A stretch of DNA of 64,000 bases from an uncultured Chthonomonadaceae bacterium (GTDB taxonomy: Bacteria > Armatimonadota > Chthonomonadetes > Chthonomonadales > Chthonomonadaceae). Within the stretch, counting starts at the first letter, position 1. Every line of letters begins with the position of its first letter. The stretch covers positions 1-64,000 of the forward strand of contig CAWIEK010000054.1 in assembly GCA_963835065.1 (NCBI GenBank), written 5' to 3'. Under the pieces are notes generated by a model. The model saw only the letters and a program-made list of their open reading frames with translations. It was not told the DNA's origin and did not search any database. Shown one piece after another: positions 55,340 to 64,000 of this stretch. Made by a program: the position numbers and the translations under genes.

Positions 55340-55358
55340 CAGAGTGATAGTTACTAAC

Positions 55359-55642
55359 GAAAACCTTAACCCTCGTCTTCGTCCTCTTCCTCAACTTCGG
55401 CCAGATTGACGATGGGGATTTCCGCGCCCTTGTTGCGGATGCGGCCTTCGATCTCGTCCATCAGCGGCTCATTGTCTTCCAAGAAGGTACGCGCGTTTTC
55501 CCGTCCCTGCCCAAGCCGAATGTCGTTGAACGAGAAGTAAGCGCCCGCCTTGTGGATGATGCCCATGTCCACGCCCATGTCCAGCATACTGCCCGAACGG
55601 CTGATGCCCTTGCCGAACATGATGTCGAACTCGGCCTGCCGG
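55359..55642 (-). pseudogene. recA: Duplicated 3' end of recA
   Basis: 284 bp matching 62144-62427 with 7 substitutions by my alignment; [10 protein letters not shown]...EDEG*. Confidence 0.95.
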
Positions 55643-55659
55643 CATGAGAACGTTCCACA

Positions 55660-55689
55660 TTGCAGGAACAAACCGAAGTGGCGTATAAT
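55660..55689 (+). promoter_or_regulatory. Sigma70-like promoter at the island edge
   Basis: TTGCAG-N18-TATAAT. Confidence 0.5.
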
Positions 55690-55738
55690 AGGACACAACA
55701 AAAACAAAACCGAAGAAGATTAGCCAGAGGAGATTAGC

Positions 55739-56032
55739 ATGGATGAGGCGACCTATAAACAGTGGTGTCCGTTGCACTGGCGAAGCGCGTTAGGGGAACC
55801 GTTAAGCGCGGAAGAACAGGCGCGTTATGAGGCGGGATTGCGGCAGTTGGAAGCGGAGGAAAATATCGGATTCGACATGGCGGGGTTACAACAAGTTCGT
55901 GAGCAAATCCGGCAAACGGAGGCGGAACGGCAGCAGTTGGAAGCACGGCGTCAGGAGTTGGAAGCCCGTATCGCGCGACTGGAAGCCGCGATGAGTGAGC
56001 GCGACAAGCAGGCTCTCGGAATTGGACGTTAG
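55739..56032 (+). CDS. Small coiled-coil protein, putative antitoxin
   Basis: GAGGAG RBS; stop 2 nt before the HNH gene; paralog at 56625. Confidence 0.75.
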   Translation: MDEATYKQWCPLHWRSALGEPLSAEEQARYEAGLRQLEAEENIGFDMAGLQQVREQIRQTEAERQQLEARRQELEARIARLEAAMSERDKQALGIGR

Positions 56033-56034
56033 GC

Positions 56035-56568
56035 GTGGCGCACCCGAAACATGAACAGGTGCGCCGACGTTACGCCTTTTGCTGCGGCTATTGTGGCGTG
56101 TCGGAGGAAAGCGCGGGCGGCGAACTAACGATTGACCATTATCAGCCGGTTTCTGCCGGTGGCGATAACAGCGACGACAATCTGGTGTACGCCTGCTGGC
56201 GCTGCAACCTCTACAAAAGCGACAATTTTCCTTCTGCTGCCGGTATTGCCATTGGACACCGTCTGCTGCATCCGCTATTGGATGATGTCAGCGCCCACAT
56301 ACTGGCGAACGAAATCACCGGCTATCTGGAACCCCGCACGGAAACAGGGCATTTTCACATTCTCACGCTACACCTGAACCGTCCGGCCTTGATAATCCAC
56401 CGTCAACGCTACTGGCTGCGTTCCCTGTCCGATGACGTGCTGCGAATGAATGTGGAAGATGTTCAAAGGCTGCGCAGTCTGCTTGCCGATGCTGAAGCGC
56501 GTTTGCTTCTCATCGAGACAGGTGTAAACATTGCTGCGGACTCGAACAGGCCAGACAGTGAAGAGTAA
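56035..56568 (+). CDS. HNH endonuclease
   Basis: CGYCG, IDHYQP..GG, NLVYAC..CN..K, L.LNR motifs. Confidence 0.9.
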   Translation: MAHPKHEQVRRRYAFCCGYCGVSEESAGGELTIDHYQPVSAGGDNSDDNLVYACWRCNLYKSDNFPSAAGIAIGHRLLHPLLDDVSAHILANEITGYLEPRTETGHFHILTLHLNRPALIIHRQRYWLRSLSDDVLRMNVEDVQRLRSLLADAEARLLLIETGVNIAADSNRPDSEE

Positions 56569-56624
56569 CCTGAGCGGCGTAGCGAATGTAACAGCGTAAG
56601 AATGTCACAAAGGAGGCAGGCATA

Positions 56625-56921
56625 ATGGAGGAGTCAGCATATAAACAATGGTGGCCGTTGCATCGGCGAACGGCAGTGGGCGAGCCACTGAGCGCGGAAG
56701 AACAGGCGCGTTATGAGGCAGGATTGTGCCAATTAGAAGCGGAAGAACCGCCCATCCAAAGTAGCATTGATGAATTGCGGCAGGCGCGGCAACAAATGTT
56801 AGCGGCGCAAGCAGAGTACCATCAGTTACAACGGCAATACGAAGCCATGCAAGCCGAAATAACAACCTTGGAAGCGCATCTTGATGAACCTACAAAGTAG
56901 TTGTTAAAAGTCGGAAAGTAA
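56625..56921 (+). CDS. Paralog of the 55739 protein with premature TAG at 56898
   Basis: GEPLSAEEQARYEAGL shared; K*LLKVGK* aligns with KQALGIGR*. Confidence 0.7.
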
Positions 56922-57007
56922 GCAGGTAAATAGGCATGTGTCAGAGAATTAAGCCATATCTACTCTGAGGTTCTTGCCACAACACTGTCGCGGAGGTTGA
57001 TACAACA

Positions 57008-60000
57008 ATGATTAGTAAAGAGGCATCTTTTATACGACAAGGCTTTGACCATCTTGGTGAACTAAACGCTAAATTGCGTGATCTCCGGGGTTTTGATACT
57101 CTCGCAAATGAACTTCTTCAAAATGCTGATGATGCCAAGGCTACGCAAGTTGTATTCGATGTTCGTGACAACTTTCTTATGGTTGAAAACAATTCTGTTT
57201 TTCAGGATTGTGGCGACATAACTCAGGATGAATGTTCATGGGTGTTTGATCCTGCTATCAAGCATCGGTGTGACTTCCATCGTTTCATAAATATGGCAGG
57301 CGGAGACAAACGAAACCAAGAGGGAACAACCGGAGCCTTCGGTTTTGGCTTTGTATCTGTTTATCAGCTTACGAACCATCCTGAACTGATTTCGGGAACT
57401 CGCCATTGGCAGATGCACCCGGAGGATACAGAAGACAAACGCATCCATATACAGGAGATGTCAGAACCCTTCAATGGAACGCGGTTCATTTTCCCATGGG
57501 CAACCGATCCAGAATGTACATTACGCAGACGCTTGGGTTCTCCTGCTATCCGCCCGGAACAAATTGAAGATTTTGCTGCAAAAGTGTCTGTAAGTATTCC
57601 GCAATCTATCCTTTTTCTGCATCATATCAAGCGTGTTGAGATCAGAAGAAACGGCGTACTTATCAAAGTTGTTGAGCGGACGCGAGAAGGTAATACTACA
57701 ACAATCTTTGATGGAAAACAAGCGACTATCTGGCATGTTTTTGAGGGGAACTTCGATTCTCAAGCCGCTTTTTTAAGAAACTTACATAACGGCTACATTG
57801 AGGATAAAAGACAATCGAAGGTCTTGATTGCTATTTGTCATGATGCTGCAAATGTGCAAGGATTGTACTATGCTACATTGCCGACACAGCATCAAACTAA
57901 CCTGCCAGTTCATGTAAATGCCGACTTCTACCCCGAATCTAGCCGGAAGAACCTTGCGTTTGGCGTAGGGTACGAAGGTGATTGGAACATGGCTGCTATT
58001 GCTGCCGCTGCCGAAGCGCTTGCCAACGCCTTACCCGAACTTTGCAACCTTCTTGGCTATCAGAGCGTTTGGCGGTTGATTAAGCAGGTGGAGCAAGCGC
58101 ATCGTAACGCTCAAGGGCAAATCAAGCAGACTGCAACGAAGTATTGGGAGGTTTTGAAACCTGTTGTGAGTCGCTCGGCCATTGTCTATACATCAACAGG
58201 AGAGTGGCGCACACCCGATAAAGCGCATTTGCTTGACAAACGGGAAATAGAGCAACCATGCTTGCCAATATTGGAACAACTGAATTTACCAATTGTTCAC
58301 CCGGAACTGAATACCTACCACTCTATTTTGACGTCGGTTGAAGTTAACGTTCTTAATGCCTTTGATCTTAGCGAGGCTCTTACGAACTACGGGCTTGATG
58401 AACCTGTTAGTGCTGATGAGGCTCCGCATTGGCTGCGTGACCCGGAGCAGCATGAGTTGCTTGCTGCGGAAGTTGCTATTTTGTTGGGGCGGGTCAACCA
58501 AAGTTCCTCGCTTGCCAAGCAGAAAATGAGCGACTGCGCCATTGCCAAATCCACAAACGGCAGGTTCTGTCCTCCCTCTGTTCTGTGGAACGCTTCGTTG
58601 GAAGTTGTGAGCGCGTTTGAACCTTTAGGAATGACTGCGAAATTTGCCGCGTTTGACAATCCAGTGGGAATTAAGAAGTTAGTCAGGGACTTTGATGTTG
58701 CAGCCCTCTTAACGCTTTTGGAACAGGTATCTCCAGACACCTTCGCGCATCTGTGGACACAAGACGCAACACAGATATTAGACTTAATTGGCCTATGCGC
58801 CGCCTACAAAGCTACCTTTCGTCAGGATACACAGGCACGGGAAAGACTACGCAAACTAAAAATATGGCCCGCGGGCGACAGATTACATTCGCTGCACCTA
58901 CTTGATGTTCCCGGCAACTTTGTTGATCCGTTCGGGCTTGCCACACTCGTTGATGAGCGAGTTGTCTCGGAGTACCACAAATTCTTGACAGAGGATTTGA
59001 AGGCGCAAGAGCTTACTATTCAACACTATGCGGGCAAAAAGATTCCAGAGTGGTGTAACTCAGGCACTCAGATCAACGCGGCCGATTGCCAGCGCCTGCT
59101 CACTGAACTTGCAAAACACATAAACACCCTGCAAAATGAGACGCAAGTAAAAAGCGCCCTAGCAACCTGTGCGCTGATTCCCTGTCAAGACAACACTCTT
59201 CGTGCCGCGAAAGCTGTCTATTTCGCCTCGGAAGAAGTATCAAAGCTTTTAGGTCAGAACGCGCCTGTTGCAGTGATTCCCGATGAAAGCAAACTCAGTG
59301 TTGAACCTTTTCTAAAATGGCTCGGTGTTGCCACACTTCCACGTCCTGCCGATGTTATGGCGCGAATCAGTACGATAAGCCAACAGCCCTCGGCAGTGGC
59401 TGCAAACCGCGAATCGATGCAGAAGATTTTCTACAGATTGGGCAAATACTGGGATAAGTATAGCCCTGAGCAGCATAAAGAGTTTGAAGCGCTACGTACA
59501 CATAAATGGCTGCCTGTTGAAGACAGATATGATCGCTGGTTTGCGCCTTCCGAAGTGCATACACTAATCCAAAAGCATCTTTTCGCGACAACCGGACTGT
59601 TTTTGGATGTTCCTTACAATGAGCAGAATGAAGTTTCAGCATTAAGGCAGTTCTTGCCAATCGAAACAAGACCGTCCTGCGAACTTGTTGTCAGGCATCT
59701 TCAGAATTTTGCGAATGAAGACAAAGAGGTTCATAGAGCCGTTTATGCCTTCTTAAATGAAGCTGCTCAGAATGGCAACCCGGCAGTACAACGTCTTAAA
59801 GGGCAACGCTGCCTTTCATTAGGAGGCAAGGGATACGTTCAGCCTGATCAAGTTTTTTGGAAGCAACACAAATTCCATCCCTATCTGCTCTCACTGAGCA
59901 GTGACTTTGAAGCCTATCGTGACTTGCTGAAAGTTCTTCAAGTACGTGAAGAACCACAGGCGGCAGACGCTATTGACTTGCTTCGTACGATAGCGGATAC

Positions 60001-61749
60001 CAACGACAATAAGCGTCTCGATGACGCCAAGCATGCCACTATTATGGAGAGTTGGGCGCTGATTAGTGACGCGCTGCAACAAGGATTGATAACCTCCGGG
60101 GCATTAGAGCCGTTACGCGCATGTAAGGTAGTTCCGAATCAGGAGGGATACCTTCAACTACCACGATGGATGTTCTTTGAAGATAAGCCTAACCTTGCAG
60201 AGCGTTTTGGCGATTTTTTGAAGGATAACGTCATATCTCGAACGCCATCCACGGGGCTGGGAATGGAACTTGCAGGGGTACTCCCCTGAAGTTGAGCCGT
60301 TGAAATCAATTTGGTAGAATGTACCGACCCCATACCTGCAGAGGATTTACAGCAGGTTTTACAGGAACGTCAACACCTGATTGAGCGCGTAATCTACCCG
60401 GAACGAACTGAAGATCGACGTTGGAACACTGACGCGCTGGATCTGTTGAAACTCCAATGGTGTTCATGGCTTGAAGTTGGCTATACCCTGAAAGCGTTCA
60501 ACCGAGCAACTCCGGGAGACACAGAAGCGGTTGATACTTTTTATGATTTTGCTGACAATACCTTGTATATCCAACGCAGCAGCGAGGTACCGTGGCTTGA
60601 GATTTCCAGTGGGCTGGCTTATGTGATGAACCGAGACGCCAAAGAAGGCACGGTTGCAGCAACTCTTGCCTATGCATTAAGTGCGCAGTCGTTCCAAAAA
60701 GGCAGTCAGGCACTTGATAAGTTAAAAGTACCGCCGCTTCAAGCAGATGAAGAATATGAAGCCGCTTTGTCTATTCCTGCCAGTATGGGCGGTATTGATA
60801 CTTCGGAAACAGACGGCTTTGAAGTCAACACCGATATTGAAGATGGGCCGATAGATGACGCCGTTGATGAGGAAAAGCAAGAGCAACAAACCAACAAATC
60901 TGATGAAGTGCGTGTCGCCTTCAATAGTGAAAGTAAACATCAACAGGCACAACACCCCATAAGGGAAGTGGCAGATTCAACTCACTCATCTTCTACAGAA
61001 GCTAATGATTCGATGAGCGACAGACCTTTACCTACAGAGGCGTCTGATAAGCCTGCTAACACCAGCAAGGCGAATGACAAGGGCATGAATAGCAAGGAAC
61101 AACGGACGTTCCAAATATGCCTGCCAACACTTCCAAAAATGTGCAGGCGGACACACCGCATAACATACAACATGAACCACGTTCGCCTGAGAACACAGCA
61201 AAACGCTCAATTTCAGAAGCCGAATCACAGCACAATAAGGCACAGCATACCCCTTCACGCTCTGCGCCAGATCACAACTCGGAAAGTCGCGCCGATTACG
61301 CGGGACGAATGCGTTCTTACGTCTTTTCGACATCAACAACTAAGGCGGATGAAGAGACGCGCCGACGCAATACGGAGCCGATTGACAAAGCAGGGATGGG
61401 GCGTGTTCTTGCCGCCGAGCAACAGGCAGGGCGTATACCCGAAGCCATGCCGCACAATAACCCTGGCTACGACATTTACTCGCTTGACGCAACAGGTGAA
61501 AACGAGCGTTATATCGAAGTGAAGTCGCTTTCCAGCAATTGGCAGGTAAAGGGAGTTCTGGTTTCCGCAACGCAGTTCACGATGGCGCAACGTTTGGGGC
61601 AAAAGTTCTGGCTATACGTTGTTGAACGGGCAGATCAGGATGATTTTTGTATTACACGCATCCAAAATCCCGCGCAACGTGTCAATGAATTTATGTTTGA
61701 TGATGGCTGGCGGGCTTGCATGGAAGGAGAAGATGTAGGAGAAGATTAA
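57008..61749 (+). pseudogene. Sacsin-like GHKL ATPase with C-terminal DUF3883 nuclease-like domain, interrupted
   Basis: ELLQNADDA, G.FG.GF.SVY, LP.H.NADF; in-frame TGAs at 60287 and 60293; frameshift near 61097; NPGYDI.S...RYIEVKS. Confidence 0.8.
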
Positions 61750-61997
61750 CACATCACATGACGATATTGTGGACAGTTGCACTCTGCTACCAGACGTTTG
61801 TAGTGGAGCAGGGCGCGGCGTACTTCGGGCGTGAGTTCACCCGGCGGCTGGGACAAGGTACGGAGAAACACTTCGCCTTCTTCCTGCGTCAGGATGCGCC
61901 GGCTTTGCGCCATTGCTTCGGGATCGGTATACGCGCCGCCCTCGCACTCTTCTTCTGCCGATGTTTCTTCCAATTCGCGCTTAATAGTCGCTGCCAT
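61746..61997 (-). CDS. DUF1778/TacA-like antitoxin, no toxin seen
   Basis: ILT.EE...F...L..PP....P..RRA pattern; GAGGAGG RBS. Confidence 0.55.
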   Translation of the reverse strand: MAATIKRELEETSAEEECEGGAYTDPEAMAQSRRILTQEEGEVFLRTLSQPPGELTPEVRRALLHYKRLVAECNCPQYRHVMC

Positions 61998-62068
61998 TGT
62001 GTTTCGCCTCCTCTGCACAGTATAACACGGCACATGGCAAAGTTTCAACAAGTGAGCAATGCGCCGCC

Positions 62069-62109
62069 AAAACAAAAACACCCCTTCTCCTAATGTTGGA
62101 AGAAGGGGT
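62069..62109 (-). terminator. Intrinsic terminator of recA
   Basis: CCCCTTCT stem followed on the minus strand by TGTTTTTGTTTT. Confidence 0.65.
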
Positions 62110-62150
62110 ATGTCTACGAGTGGACGCCCGGTGAGGGGATTTAGAAAACC

Positions 62151-63213
62151 TTAAATCTCGTCTTCGTCCTCTTCCTCGACTTCGGCCAGATTGACGATGG
62201 GGATTTCCGCGCCCTTGTTGCGGATGCGGCCTTCGATCTCGTCCATCAGCGGCTCATTGTCTTCCAGGAAGGTGCGCGCGTTTTCCCGTCCCTGCCCAAG
62301 CCGAATGTCGTTGAACGAGAAGTACGCGCCCGCTTTGTGGATGATGCCCATGTCCACGCCCATGTCCAGCATACTGCCCGAACGGCTGATGCCCTTGCCG
62401 AACATGATGTCGAACTCGGCCTGCCGGAAGGGGGGCGCGACCTTGTTCTTGACGATCTTCACCTTGACCCGCGCTCCGACCGCATCGGTTCCGTTCTTGA
62501 CGGTTTCCGTGCGGCGCACTTCCATGCGGACGCTGGCGTAATACTTCAAGGCCATGCCGCCGCTCGTGGTTTCCGGGTTGCCGAACATCACGCCGATCTT
62601 CTGGCGCAACTGGTTGATGAAAATGGCCGCCGTGTTCGTGCGGTTGATGCTGCCCGCCACTTTGCGCAGGGCTTGCGACATCAGGCGCGCGTGAACGCCC
62701 ATGTGCGAGTCGCCCATGTCGCCTTCCAGTTCCGATTTCGGGAACGAGGGCGGCAACGGAGTCCAGCACCACGATGTCAATGGCGCTTGACCGGATCAGC
62801 GCGTCCATGATGTCCAGCGCTTCCTCGCCCGTTGTCGGCTGCGAGATGAACAGGTTGTCAATGTCCACGCCCAGGTTCTTGGCGTATTCCGGGTCAATGG
62901 CGTGTTCCACGTCCACATACGCGCACACGCCGCCCTTTTTCTGCGCCTGCGCGATGGTCTGGAGCGCAATCGTGGTTTTACCCGACGACTCCGTGCCGTA
63001 AATTTCCGTGATGCGTCCGCGCGGAATGCCGCCCACGCCCAATGCCATGTCGAGGGCGATGGAGCCGGTGGAAATGGAGTCCACCTGCAGGCGCATGGAC
63101 TGTCCCAGGCGCACCACGCTGCCTTTGCCGAACTGCTTCTCAATGCCGGAGAGCGCCATGTCGAGCGCTTTGGTTTTTTTGGCGTCTAACTTGCCGATTT
63201 CTTCGATTGCCAC
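62151..63213 (-). CDS. recA: Recombinase RecA, +1 frameshift near 62741
   Basis: [21 protein letters not shown] split by an extra [19 protein letters not shown]. Confidence 0.96.
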
Positions 63214-63354
63214 GTGGAGTGGTCCTTTCTGGCTTCGCCGAAGTTCTGACGAAGCGGGTCACGTGAGGACGCAGCGGCGTTCCACCTGCCGCCGCCCCCG
63301 CGCTGCCCGTACATGACTACAGCGAGGGAACGACGCACAAGCTGCCTGCGGCAG

Positions 63355-63472
63355 AGGTATCAGGTATCAGGTATCAGGTTTCAGGAAATGCTTCTTCTTA
63401 CATGGAATTATTGTCCCTGTAAAGTAAAGGAGTAGCACAACCTGACACCTGACACCTGACACCTGACACCTG
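63355..63472. repeat. Inverted heptamer arrays (AGGTATC)n / (CCTGACA)n in the recA leader
   Basis: 63355-63385 versus 63441-63472. Confidence 0.85.
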
Positions 63473-63519
63473 CGCCCGGGAACACGGGTGGCCTCCGGTT
63501 TAGCGCACAGGGTCAAACA

Positions 63520-63566
63520 TAGAAAATCTGTCTACCTATTATACTCGCTGCGCGTTCCAAACGCAA
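63520..63566 (-). promoter_or_regulatory. recA promoter with operator-like palindrome
   Basis: TTGCGT(63566-61)-N17-TATAAT(63543-38); TAGA-N7-TCTA at 63520-63534. Confidence 0.6.
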
Positions 63567-64000
63567 ATGATTTTACAAGGGTGTGTACCGCGCCGTCAGG
63601 ACGGAGTTCCGACTGCATCAGCGCGCACTCCTGCGCCGAAAACGCGCCCAATGCGCTGCGAAATTCCGGTTCGCTTTGCAGCATGGGCAGGTTTTTGGCG
63701 ACCATTTCGCTGCCTTCCCGCGTTTTCATGCGCGCAAGGGTGATATGCGGGATGTAAGGCTTGGTTTCCGCCGCAAATCCCTGTTTGGCGAGTTCTACAT
63801 TGATATACTGCGCGGTCTGCTGCATAACCGGAACGCCCGCCGTCGCGCCGACCCATAAAACTTGCGGATTGCGCTGTTTGGGAAACGCGCCGATGTGCCC
63901 AACGTCGAGTGTCCATTCCACCGAACGCGCCGATGCCCGCTCCACGCCCGCAATGACAGCCGCCAATTCGCTATCTTCCACATCGCCCAAAAACTTCAAT
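63532..64000 (-). CDS. thpR: RNA 2',3'-cyclic phosphodiesterase (5' part outside window)
   Basis: LKFLG, GAFP....P.VLW, PHITLAR, S.L motifs; upstream of recA. Confidence 0.9.
   Translation of the reverse strand, partial: LKFLGDVEDSELAAVIAGVERASARSVEWTLDVGHIGAFPKQRNPQVLWVGATAGVPVMQQTAQYINVELAKQGFAAETKPYIPHITLARMKTREGSEMVAKNLPMLQSEPEFRSALGAFSAQECALMQSELRPDGAVHTLVKSFAFGTRSEYNR

Noticed and set aside
55643..57007. Integron cassette array
   Set aside because: No attC-like RYYYAAC…GTTRRRY palindromes between the genes and no integrase
53391..60295. Alternative genetic code or Sec/Pyl readthrough for the internal TAG/TGA codons
   Set aside because: TAG and TGA terminate many intact genes in this window; the internal stops fall only in accessory genes
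55359..62427. Prophage or ICE at recA
   Set aside because: No integrase, structural or conjugation genes between the repeats
62735..62745. Frameshift in recA as real inactivation or programmed frameshifting
   Set aside because: Extra base in a C run; similar single indels hit asd (~27415), GH106 (~16100), WD40 (~21030, ~20905), ~10620 and ~61097, which points to sequencing or assembly error. A read pileup would settle it

Overview
Bacterial chromosomal segment of moderately high GC. Gene content and repeat style suggest Armatimonadota or a similar lineage (inference only). The core backbone carries ndh, a DUF47-pit-phoU operon with a Pho-box-like promoter, asd, dapA, trmFO, hemB, cobA-hemD, a TagA-family glycosyltransferase, nusB, folD, recA and thpR. 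Interleaved accessory DNA includes a type II R-M pair, at least four TA modules, a DUF1501-DUF1549/1553-WD40/SMP-30 operon, and decayed IS630 and IS3 elements. Highlights: (1) a ~6.5 kb integrase-less island bracketed by a 284-bp duplication of the recA 3' end, carrying an HNH module and a sacsin-like GHKL ATPase-DUF3883 gene; (2) pervasive heptamer and 8-9-mer inverted-repeat modules, some translated in frame inside housekeeping proteins; (3) a NusB with a ~370-aa insertion; (4) a 73-bp MITE replacing part of an IS630 catalytic domain; (5) an apparent A>C/T>G substitution bias in both transposases. Several single-base frameshifts, including in recA and asd, are most likely sequencing or assembly indels. 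No rRNA, tRNA or CRISPR array was seen.
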